Below are positions 27,115-38,514 of a stretch of 64,000 bases of DNA, one piece after another. The notes below the pieces were generated by a model. That model did not search any database and was not told where the DNA came from. It saw nothing but the letters and a program-made list of their open reading frames with translations. This DNA is from Mobula hypostoma. Lineage: Eukaryota. Every line of letters begins with the position of its first letter. Positions within the stretch are counted from its first letter, which is position 1. The DNA lies in contig NC_086097.1 of NCBI RefSeq assembly GCF_963921235.1, positions 55,430,001-55,494,000 on the forward strand. The letters are read 5' to 3'. The position numbers were made by a program, and so were the translations under genes.

Positions 27115-27865
27115 TTATACTGTGTATGTACATCTATTGGTGCTTCTGGACACATCTTCAGTGATGTCCCTGGAATCATTGGGTGTTTCGGGTCTTTCAA
27201 CATCATACAACGTCCTCCAGGTGACCCAGCTGGGGCTCATCAGACCCCAGCTTGTGTCCAGATGGCTCAGCTACTTATGATGGTCTTCAGGACCTGATCA
27301 TACCTCCACCTGTACTGTCCCTCACCAAGTGCCCTTGCACAGCCGCTGAGGATGTGCTCCAGGGTTCCTCGCTTGGAGCACAGTGGGCACGCAGATGACT
27401 CTGCCTTGCCCCATGTGTGCAGGTTTGATGGGCTTGGAAGCACATCGTACACTGCCTGGATGAGAAATTGGATGCGGTGCGGTTCAGCTTTCCAAAAGAT
27501 CAGCCCAGGTCACTTTCCTCTCAACCACATTCTCCCATCTTGTCCAAGCTCCCTGTTGCTTCATTCCCACTGCCTTGCAGGCTCTCATCTCCTCCACTAC
27601 TGCTTTCACCTCCTCCTGAACTAGACGACGCTTTTCCTTCCCCCTGGTGTCCATTTTGGGAGTTGGAAAGGATCCTAGCCCAGCTTGGCCTTGTGTGACC
27701 ACTCCCACCAGCCTCCTGTGACGGAGCCTCGCCTCTGCCTCCTGAACAGCTTCCTCTGCCCTCCACTTCCTGCCAGTACTTACTTGGATCCCTGCTCTAG
27801 CCACCTTCGGGTCACTTGAGTCCCTATACTGTAGCACTTCTCTGGCTCTTGTTACCTTGAATTCT
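27115..27865 (-). mobile_element. HERO-like non-LTR retrotransposon fragment, subfamily A (endonuclease deleted)
   Basis: TGRKWRAEEAV...QGAWTRWE, YDVLPSPSNLHTWG, zinc knuckle CPLC...HILSGC and YRWRYDQVL, followed directly by the 3' UTR. Confidence 0.88.
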
Positions 27866-27884
27866 TAGATTATGCTAACAGAAC

Positions 27885-29520
27885 AATAAATAGAACATAG
27901 AACATTATCGCACAGTCCAAGCCCTTTGGCCCATGATGATGTGCTGACCTTTTAACCTACTTTATGATGAATCTAATTCTTCCCTTGTACAGAGTCCTAC
28001 ATTTTTCTATCATCCATGTGCCTATCTAAGAGTTTAGTGAATTACCCTGGCTCTACCACTATTCCTGGCAGGGCGTTCCACCCACTCTACCATCTCTGTG
28101 TAAAAGACTTACCTCTGACATTCCCCCTATATTCCAATCATCTTAAAATTATGTCTCCTCGTATTAGCCTGCTCTGCCCTGGGAAAATTTCTCTGGCTCA
28201 ATGCCTCTTAACATCGTTGTACACCTCTATCAAGTCACCCCTCATCCTTCTTCACTCCAAAGAGAAAAGCTGTAGCTCAGTCAATCTATCCTCATGCTGC
28301 CTGGACTAGCTCTCTAGGCAGTGTTGAGGTAAACCTGCTCTCCACCCTCTCAAAAGCTTCCACGTTCTTTCTATAATGGGGTAACCACAATATTCCAAGT
28401 ATGGTGTAACCAGGGGTTTTATAGAGTTGCAACATTACCTCGCTGCTCTTGAACTCAGTTCCCCCAATTAATGAAGGCCAACAAACCATACATTTTCTTA
28501 ACCACCCAATCAACTTGCACCCAATATTTTAGGAATTAGTTCTTCTTTGCCATCAGATTTCTGAACGAACAATGAACCAACCCATGAACACTACCTCACT
28601 ATTTTTGGGCTCTTTTTTGCACTACTTATGTAAGTTAACTTGATTGTAATTTATAGTTTATAGATATATATTGCACTCCACTGCTGGCACAAAACAACAA
28701 ATTTCATGACATATGTCAGTGATATTAATTCTGATTCTGATCAGTTTCAACCTTCAAAACTGAATCATTTTACACTTCTGGATTAAACCTCATCTGCCAC
28801 CTTTCAACCAGCTCTGCAGCCTGTCAATATCCCACTATAACTTTCGACAACCTTCTATATTATCCAAACTCCACTAACCTTCGTGTCGTCTGCAAACTTA
28901 CTGAGCCACCCTGCCACTTTTCATGTTTTAAAAATCATGAAGAGTGGAGTCCCAGAACAGACTCCTGCAGAACACCACTAGTCATCGACATCCGGGCAGA
29001 ATGCACTCCATCTACTACCACCCTTTGCTTTCTATAGCCAAGCCAACTCAGAATCCACACAATCAAGTTTTCCTGGATTTTGTGCTTCCTGACTTTCTAA
29101 ATGAGGTTCTAGCATGGAGAACCTTGTGGAACACCTTACTAAAATTCACGTACACAACATCCACGGCTTTGCCTTCATCAATTTGTTTTGTCACATCCTC
29201 GAAAAGGTCAATTAGTCTTGTGAGGCACTAGCTACCTCTCACAAAGTTGTGCTGACTCTCCTTTATTAGACTATGCTTCTGCAAATGCTTGTAAACTCTT
29301 TCTCTGAAAATCATCTCCACTAGTTTGACCACCGCTGCTGTATGACTCACTGGTCTATAATTCCGAGGATTATTCTTATTAATTTTCTTGAACAAAGAAA
29401 TAACATTTGCCATCATCCAATTTTCTGGTACTACTCCTGTGGTCAATGAAGATACAAGGATCATCGGCAGCGGTGCACCAATCTTTTTCCTTGCTTCCTG
29501 TAGTAACCTGGGATATATTG
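27885..29520 (-). mobile_element. CR1 LINE fragments (RT and 3' end) with a Rex1-type tail inserted at ~28540-28740
   Basis: VPENWMMANVISLFKK...NYRPVS, KESQHNFVRG and VMLQLYKT motifs. Confidence 0.8.
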
Positions 29521-29589
29521 CTATTTCTGAAATACACCCTAAAGTTGGGCAAGAATGTTAGCTCAGCATTTACAGGGTTTTCAGAGTGA

Positions 29590-31500
29590 TTAAAGGGTAA
29601 GAGTTATAGCAGTATATTTGTGAACAGGGTAATGAGCTTGAAGGTCAACATCATATAGGTTGAACTGAGGAACCATTTATGATGCTGATAACCCCAAACT
29701 GTTAGCCCCAAACAATCAGATAGAGAAATATAAGAAAATTAATGATAGCTTTCTGTGAACTGCAAATTTCAACTCCTAATGTGAACTGAGGTAGTAGCAG
29801 TACAAGATTTAGAAGGTGTAGAGTTGGTCTTAAAATCCATCGAGGAAACCTTTTTTTTTATCAATATGAAGCATGCTTAGATTTGTGGAGTTGGAGGGTG
29901 GTAAAGGGGTATAATAATTTAATTTTAAGGAATGAACCTGGGCAATTACAAAGGTATCAGGAGGAGAGTGTTTTGTAGACAATGGTCATAATTGAATTAG
30001 ATTAGCAGAGTTTGTGATTAAGATAAAGGTGGACTGTGAGCCAAAGTTTTAATTTAGCACAAACCTAATTTACATAATATTAGATTTAGCAAAACGAATA
30101 AAAGAGTGACTTAAAAGTAAATCAAGGCACCACACACAAAATGCTGGAGGAACTCAGCTGGCTAGGCAGCATCTGTGGAAAAGAATAAACTATCGACGTT
30201 TCAGACCAAGACCCTTCATCAGGACTGATGTGTGTGTATGTGTGTTGTTTGGATTTCCAGCATCTGCAGATTTTCTCAAAAAGCAAATCAGTGTTAGGCG
30301 AAGGTGATTTTAAGGGTTTAGAACAAATAAGTTATCAATAGAATGGATATATCCCAGGCTCGATAAGTTCCTATTTAAAGAAGAGTGCTCCAAAACATAA
30401 ACCTTATTGATGTCAGGGAACAAACAGAATAGGATAAGATATATTAAAAAAGGAAAGCTCATGACAAATATCAAAAGATAAGCACTATAGAAAACCTAGA
30501 GTATTATAAAGAGTGCAGAAGTGAGCTAAGAAGAAAATTAGCAAGGCAAAGTGGTGCATGGAAAAAAAACATTGGCGGATTAAATCAAGACAATACTAAG
30601 TTTTTAATAAATACTTTGAAAATGGCTAACAATTGAAATAGTAGTTGCAGTTAGATATCAAAGTGGGAAATTGTACTTGTCTTCATGGGAGAGGAATTAA
30701 GAGAAAGAATATAAAGTATTGGAAAAGAACAGAGAGAGAGAGAGAGAAACATGTTAGGTAGAAAAGTGCCGAGTTCTTAAAAGAAATGATAGAGAAAATA
30801 GCACAGCTTTTAATTATCATTTTCCATTCCTCTTTAGTTATATGATGGAAGTCTGGAAGATGGCTTAAATGGTACAGTTGTTTCATAAGGGAGAAAGGAA
30901 GTAATTATAGGCCAGTCAGCCCAACATTGTTAAGACAAATTCTTAGAAACATTTCTCAGAAACAATATAAATGAGCAGTTAGAGAGGCACACCTTAAAAA
31001 AAGGACAGTAAACTTGGAATTATTAAGTAATGGTTACGTTTGACTAATAACAGAATATTTTGAGGTAGAGAGGAAGATGAATAGCAAAGTGCAACTGATA
31101 GTTAGTATGAATTTTAGGAAGATATTTGACAAAGTCTCCAATGCTGGAGTGATCCAGAGAAGTCCAGGGGATGAAAAGGAAATGATCAAATTTGATTAAC
31201 AATGAGCACAGTAGAAGAAAGCAAAGGATAACAGTAATAGGGAGTTTAGCGATTTATAGCGTTAGCATTGGGATTCTGAAGTGTATGGTATTTGGTTCCT
31301 TGTGTTTGTGATATAATAATGACTTTAACTTAAAATGGGGATTGCGATGAAGAAGTATCAATGATACTAAAATTAATATAGTGGTTGCTAGTTCTGTTTA
31401 AAAGACGATAGCATGACTGGTTAGGTGGCCGCAAAGAATGAAATATAATTTAGTATGGAGAAGTGATAAATAATGCACTTAGAAAGGCCGAGCTTGATGG
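29590..31500 (+). mobile_element. Old, heavily decayed CR1 ORF2
   Basis: Residual NYRPVS (AATTATAGGCCAGTCAGC) and FDKV (TTTGACAAAGTC) motifs. Confidence 0.6.
30130..30280 (-). repeat. Penelope-derived short repeat with a minimal hammerhead
   Basis: Minus strand GTC-CTGATGA-AGGGTCTTGGTCT-GAAAC-GTC-GAT; flanks match the 3' end of 59973-61890. Confidence 0.8.
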
Positions 31501-31639
31501 GTAGAAGAGCAGAGGAATTGTAGAATGAGGATCCTGTAGACTCTGCCTCAGGTGTAGCAGGATTTACTTGACGTTGTATGCAGATGGGTAATTAAAGGAA
31601 TAATCCGTTCGTTCTATTTGTGACAGATGGACTCAATAG

Positions 31640-33230
31640 ATGCCATGCTGAATGTCCTTTGCCATTTTGAGCAGTCATGTAGTTATGAGGCTGTGATTTT
31701 GACATGTTGTTGGGCTTATTATACTTTTCTAAGGAGGCTTTGAGAATCTCTTCCTCGATCTCCTTGGTGATTCCTTGCAGTGATGATGCTCAGAATACAA
31801 TGCTTGTTTCAGGAGTCTGTTATTAGGAATGAAAACAGCATGGCCAGTCTATCAATGCAATTAGGACCTTAGCACAGGGAAAGGAAATGAATGGTCGTTC
31901 TTTTATCCTGTCAATAAATCTAGAGGAATGTGTGGATGATACCTTTCCACTGCTTTAAAGTGCCTGATAGAGGTAGTCCATGTCTAAAAATCATATATGA
32001 GGGCCGGGAATCCCACTTTCCAGATGGATCATGAGTTTTGTGCCAAATTTGAGGTCCTGATCTTCAAATATTCTTCGTCAGATGGCCAAAGTGTGTATCA
32101 ATGCAAGAGGTAGTTCACAATTTATTGTAATGTTTTCCAAGGTCTTGTTGTGGATCTTTATTGTTGAAGGCAGATTGGTAGATGATCTTGATTTTACAGA
32201 TGTTTGGTACAAGGCCCATTCTTTCAAATTTTTCAATGAATGACTTGAAAACTATTTGGAACTTAGCCTCTAAACAATCACAAATTTAAATATCATCTGT
32301 GAGCTACAGCTCAGTGGCTGAAGTTAGGATGACCTTGATTGTGGACTAGTTTGAGCAGTTTCCTATCTGTTCTCTAGGTTAGCTTTGCTCCAGTGGTAAA
32401 TCTATCCAGTGAAAAAGAAAAATGTTGGGCGATGATACAATCTTGTTTGACTGTCACCTACTTGATGTGGCTTATTTGATTAAGAGGGTGTCTTGTATGC
32501 CATTGTGAAGCAAATATAGGATGAACATGAATTTCAATTGATAGCCCTATTTTAGAAGCATGCTGCAGACTCTCTCTCTATGGATAGATTTTAAGGCTTC
32601 TATGAGGTCAATATAGCCCTTTGTATAGGGTAATGTCACTGCCAACATTTCTCTTGGAGTTGATGTGCTATTAAAATTATGTCTGTAATACTTCTAGACT
32701 GACAGAATTAACATTGTGGTTAAGAGAGTACCTCTTTGTCTGTTGGGAGGAGGTAGTTAAAGAGAATCCAGGCAATATTTTCCTTGTGACAAACAAGTAG
32801 ATATTACAATATGATTTGTCTCCTTTCTTGAAAATAGTCACAAATCTAGCATCTCTGCAGTTCTGTAACATGCACATTTTACTCTCAGGCACAGGAATTG
32901 AGACTGTGAATTAGTGACTGATATTCTTCTCCCGAAAGTTTTAAAATTTCAGTAATGATGCCATCTGCTTTCAAGACTTTTTGTGTTTTAGTTTGCTTAT
33001 AGCCTATTCACATTTGTCAGTCAGGGATGTCAGCATGCTTGATCAGGGGAGCCAGATGGATTTGAACTTGGGACCTTTTGTCCCAAAGTCTGACGCTGAT
33101 GCCACTATGCCACCAGCCGATCTTAAAACACTGAAAAAATTTACACAGGTTACATTTATCTGTGAGTGGCTGGAATCCACCATTTATTATTTCCATTGGA
33201 CTTTGATCTTAGAGCTTCATGGTATGATGG
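31640..33230 (-). mobile_element. Old RTE-like LINE fragment
   Basis: Minus strand DARFVTIFKKGDKSYCN and a VKQDCIIAQHF-like RT motif; highly decayed. Confidence 0.55.
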
Positions 33231-33289
33231 AGCTTTCAACCCAAGGAAGCCTTTTGTTTCAAATTTAATTGTTCTTGGATTTCCTGGTC

Positions 33290-34550
33290 TGGAGACACAA
33301 GAGACTGCAAATGTTGGAACTCACAAAATGCTGGAGGAAGCTAGTGATGGAGGTAAATGGACAGTCAATGGTTCCGGTCAAGAGCCTTCACTCGACTGGA
33401 AAGAAAGAAGAGAGATAACTGGTATAAGGTGGTGAGAAGGGATGCAGCAAGAGCTGGCAGATAATGGGTCAATCTGGATGAACTGGGAATGGTAGGTAAT
33501 TAAGGGGGGGAGTATGGGAATGATGTAAGAAGCTGGAAGTTGGTAGCTGGAAATGACAAAGGGCTGTAAGAGATGGGAGCTAATCGGAAAGGACAGTGGG
33601 TTATGGAGTAAAGGGAAGGAGATGAGGAGGGGAACCGGTGGGAAGAATGTGTTGGTGATGGGCAGCTCACTGTCTTTATGACTCCCTTGTCCATTCGTTC
33701 TGCCACTGATCCCCCCCTCTAAGCACTTATCCCTGAAATACACTAAGTATTACACTTACCCCTACATCTCCTGCCTCAACAGTCCTTTCAGATGAGGCAA
33801 TACTTCACATTTGAATCCATTAATGTCATTGCACCGGGTGCAATCTCTTCCACATCAGTGAGAATTGATACAGGTTAGGGGAATGCTTCACCCAGCACCT
33901 TCTCTCCATCCACTGTAACAGCTAGGATTTCCTGGTGGCCAGCCATTTTAATTTCACTTTGTATTCCCATGTCTACATGTCTGTTTACGTCCTACTTTAC
34001 TGCAAAGTTGAGGCTCGACACAGATTAGAGGAATAGCACTTCTGTCATATTCCGCCTTAGTCGTCTCCCTTATGATGGCATGAACATCGATTTCTCTAAC
34101 TTTCTCTAACTACTTTCCTTTGTCCTTTCTTTCCTTGTCCTTGGGCCCCATCAGTCCTTCTGTTTTCCCTTGCCCTATTCTCTCGATTGGCCCATCACCC
34201 ACATATTCCTCTCTCCAGTTCCCCTCTTCACAACCCAACTTTATTCCATAATCCTCCATCTTCTCCTATCAGAATCCATCTTCTTCAGCCATTTGTCACT
34301 TCCACCTATCACCTCCCAGCTTCTTGCATCTTTTCACACTCCCGCTCACTCACCTGCCTATCATCCCCATCTGACCTGCATCTACTTATCATTGCCAGCT
34401 CTTGTTCTACTCTGAACTTCTTGCACTAGTTTACTCTCCTCTTTTTTTCTTTCTTTCTTTGGGCCTTGATCCAAATCATTGAATGTCCATTTTCCTCCAT
34501 AGAAGCTGCCTGACCCACTGAGTTCCTTCAGCATTTTGTCTGTTTCCCCT
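33290..34550. mobile_element. Penelope-like fragments: inverted 3' end (33290-33670, -) next to GIY-YIG region plus 3' end (33680-34550, +)
   Basis: Similarity to 61030-61890 (TCCTTTCAGATGAGGCAATACTTCAC, GTGGCCAGCCATTTTAAT, GATGGCATGAACATCGATTTCTCTAAC). Confidence 0.75.
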
Positions 34551-35506
34551 GTTCTTTTCCAGTAGAGATGCTAAGAAAACTAATCTCTTCATATTTGCAA
34601 ATTATTGTGGATTTCAGAGTAGTCCAGAAACCATGTGGACACTGTAGTTCCTGATGTTTGAGGGTTGCAAATTATCCGTGATCAACAGTGTATACAGTAT
34701 TTTTGTTGCCAAACTACAAGAGGGGCTATAGTAGTACTAGAAATAGTTCTGAGAAAACTAGAAGAGATAGAAGAGGAGTTTTTTCTGACTGGAGAAATTA
34801 AAGTTTTGTCGGAAGAATGAGTAGGATGAATTGTTTCTTTGGAACAAGAGAAGCTGAGAGAATATGAATTGAGGTGTATGAAATCTTGAAGACTAGATGA
34901 TGTAGATGAAGGACCTATTTTGCTTGTTTGAGAAGTTTATAACTTGTGGAAAACAGGTGACAGTTAACTGGCAAAAGGCAGTGGAAAGATGTTGAAAAGT
35001 GTTTCAACAAAAAACAGTGGGAGTCTGGAAGGAACTGAGGAAGGATGATGGGGGCAGAAATCATTGAGATATGACTGAATAAGCATTTAAAGACAGTAAC
35101 ACTGAAGTTGGAATAACTAATAATTTAGTTTTATGCTATCATTGGTAAGATGTCATAGTTTTGTATGATTTTATACATTTGTAGAAAAAATGGATAATCA
35201 GAGTAAATTTGTATTTTATAATGAGAGAAATTACTGTTGGAATACACTTATATTGCATTTTTTGAAAATGTGTCCACGTAACAGATAACATTTATTGAAT
35301 AGAATGACTTTGAGTTAAAATTTACTCATAGTTCTTCTATTTAATAATCCCTTTTCATTTAAATTTTCATTAATACATAATACTGTATGCTAAATGGAGA
35401 AATTATATTTAATTTTCTGAAAATCCTTGTGTATATGTAGCAATGATTTCTCTTTGCATAACCAGCAATGCCATAGTTGTATTATTTGTATTTGCTTTCT
35501 TCACAG

Positions 35507-35704
35507 ATTGGAAGATCTACAGAGAACCCCATTGACTTTGTGGTGACAGACACTGTTTCTGGTTGTCAGAGTAATGATGAGACACAAATCACTCAGAGCA
35601 CCATCTCCAGATTTGCGTGTAGAATAGTTTGTGATAGAAGTGCACCATTTACTGCTAGGATTTATGCTGCTGGATTTGATTCATCGAAAAACATATTTCT
35701 TGGT
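35507..35704 (+). CDS. PELI2: Pellino-2 coding exon (198 nt; FHA core)
   Basis: tcacag|ATTGGA...CTTGGT|gtaagt. IGRSTENPIDFVVTDT...QSTISRFACRIVCDR...AAGFDSSKNIFLG. Confidence 0.97.
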
Positions 35705-36443
35705 GTAAGTACATATGTTGCAAATTTTGTTAAATCTAAAAGCAGGTTAAAAGCTCTAAGAGCAAGTTTAGTACGTTAAATAATTTGGAGGTGTAATTTG
35801 AGTATTATTATATCTTGTTTAGCAATCAAAAGCACAATGAACCAAAAGTGGGAGTCACCAGTTAGACTTGTTGCTTGCTATTTTGACAAACTTACCTTCC
35901 CCAGATTCAATAGTTGTAGTTGCTGGCTCAAATAGTCCTGGAGATGAATCCCTGAGTAGTAGTAAGGATTGGAACAAATTGATCAGGTGGCATGGGTGGG
36001 CCAAAACAGCCCTGCCAACACTCACTGAATTCTTTTGAAAATCACAGTGATAGATTTGCCAAGAAGGCAAAAACTGATATACATATGATAAGATGCTTTA
36101 CAGTGTTGAGCATTAGAGAAATCTTAGGGTACATGACTGCATAGTCTTGTAGGTAGTTGATACAGCCCAGTCCATCATGGGTAAAACCCTCCATACCATT
36201 GAGTATATCTACATGGACACAGTCACAGGAAAGCAGCATCCATTATCAAGGACTCCCACCATCCAGACCACCCTCTTTTCTCGCTGCTGCCATCTGAAAC
36301 AGGAGCCTCAGGATAAATCTGGTCCAATCTTTTCAAATGATTGTATTTTCAGTACAGCAAACAAATTTATCTTGTAGCCAAATTGTTTTAAAGAGTGTAT
36401 ATTGTACATCTTTATTCTTTGAATCTGTTCTTAACCTCAATAG

Positions 36444-36632
36444 GAGAAAGCTGCTAAATGGAAAAATCCTGATGGCCATATGGATGGGTTAACAACCAAT
36501 GGAGTATTAGTAATGCATCCTAGGGGAGGATTTACAGAAGAATCTAGCCCTGGAATATGGCGGGAAATTTCTGTTTGTGGGGATGTCTATACACTAAGGG
36601 AAACAAGATCTGCACAGCAAAGAGGAAAATTG
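36444..36632 (+). CDS. PELI2: Pellino-2 coding exon (189 nt)
   Basis: caatag|GAGAAA...AAATTG|gtaggt. EKAAKWKNPDGHMDGLTTNGVLVMHPRGGF...RETRSAQQRGKL. Confidence 0.97.
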
Positions 36633-37429
36633 GTAGGTAAACATGGTCTTTCAATTTTAGAAAGCATGCTCACTTACTAAGCATGGTGTACTTAAAGATT
36701 TCCGATAAATGCAAACAATATTCAAATTATGAACTTTATACATACATTGGAAATACTTGGCAAATTAAATAAAAAGAAAGGTTTTGTTTAGAATCGTACA
36801 CACAACATTGGAGTCGAGGATGGCATGTATTCAGGAAGCCACTACCGTATTTGGAAGTTCTTTAAAAATTCCTTTAAACTATTCTGTAATGAGCATATGG
36901 AAGATTTCAAGCCTCAGACTTAATTAAGCTTTATGTAGGTTTTGTGTCTGACAGAAGGGAATACAATTTTTTTCAGTATCATGCAGTGGACATAACAATT
37001 AAACATAATAAAGTTTCTGTTTTTGGAGAATACATATATGAATAATGGCCTCTTTTAACATTATGTGCCTGGGAAATGTGTGACATGCTGTGTATAACAG
37101 TTGTCATCCCTTTTCTGTTAAGAGTTCTCAACCAGCACCTTAAAAGGCTATCTCTAAAAACTATAACTTCAAGAAGATTTATTGAAATCTCAGAGGACTC
37201 TTTCTTGTAGCTGCATTAAATTAGGTTTGCTTTGAAATTACTGCAGCAATTTCACCAGAATTCAGTACTTAATCTGGTCCTTAATCAGACAATTTACTCT
37301 CTTCAAGCCTTATTAAAATATTTTTGTGAGCTTAGTTTGTTGTCATGAAAACTTAGCAACTAAAAGGAATCTATTAACTCAGAGTTGGAGGTTCATTGTT
37401 CAAAGTGTTTCTTCACTGCTCACACAGTG

Positions 37430-37985
37430 GTGGTGATGGTTGGCATCCATCTGTCTCCCTAAGGAATGGAGGTATGGAGATCCTGAGATTCCCAGTTGTC
37501 AACAACCCTCTCTCGGCCTCTCCAGTGTGGTCCAAAGGAAAGCTTATGAAGCAATACGCTTGGCACCAGCTTGGCTGCAGGAGCTGCCGGATGGATGTTC
37601 AATTACATCCAGTTGCTTAGGGACTGCACTCTGGATTTATTGTCTAGGTTTTTTCATGGGGCAGCCCACAAGGCAGTTGTGCTATTTAGCCATAGCTGGG
37701 GATCTGGTTAATGAGCAGCAGGGCATGCCCACTCGCCAGTGGGCCTGCCTGCTCCGTGTGCAGGGGCCAGACTTCCTCCCCATCCTCTGTAGTTCAGCCT
37801 GAGTTCAAAAAGAGTTCCGTTTCCGCGTGTCACCGGCGAGGAGGCACTACAAGAGACTTGATGTTGGAGAAGCTATGTAGTGGCAGGGAGAGACCTACAT
37901 ACTCAGCTCTCCTTTTCGTGAGACTGCTAAAAGTGAGAGCGACAAGCACTACCCACTACTAGACGTGTCACAACTACCATTTTGA
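37430..37985. repeat. GC-richer interspersed repeat, possibly an RTE-type UTR fragment
   Basis: Composition shift; GTTGGCATCCATCTGTCTC resembles RTE termini (from recall, unverified). Confidence 0.3.
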
Positions 37986-38514
37986 TACCACTCACACAGT
38001 AGCAGGAATGTTAAAAGCTCCATGATAAGCTCCTGTATTTCTTTGGCAGTTGCTTTTTAGATGATTAAAAAACACTTTAATAGATGATGCATGCCAGTGC
38101 TACTGCAATTCATTGAATTTAACTTAGTGCAACTAATTAGACTAGCTGTGCAGTGTTTGGTCAGTTAGTGTGGTGGCTAAGGTTTCTTCCTTTTTAAAAT
38201 CATCCCCATTTAACCACTGCCTTAGTTTCCATATGGAACAGAAAGAAAAGATTATGCTGATTGAATTTTCATCCTTTGGAGGTAAAGATGCATCAATAAT
38301 CCATATGAAATTTACAATATAGATGAGGCATAAGAGGATTAAAAATAGTTAATTTTTAAAATTTCTACACAATGAAAACTAATCATAATGAGCTAAAGAG
38401 GGGTTCTGCCCATGTTAAATGGAAGGCAAGTATTCAAAACTTTATGTCAGCAAAGCCAGCATCTAAGTAGGAGGTAAACAGAGTCCAGATCAAGTATATT
38501 CCAATAGTAGGAAA

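Noticed and set aside
27236..27243. CTGATGAG (minus strand) upstream of GAAAC, suggesting a conventional type I hammerhead
   Set aside because: It sits in the loop of the AGCTGGGG/CCCCAGCT hairpin, has no suitable stem I or GUH partner, and is absent from the other subfamilies. The conserved core is the downstream CTGAAGA.
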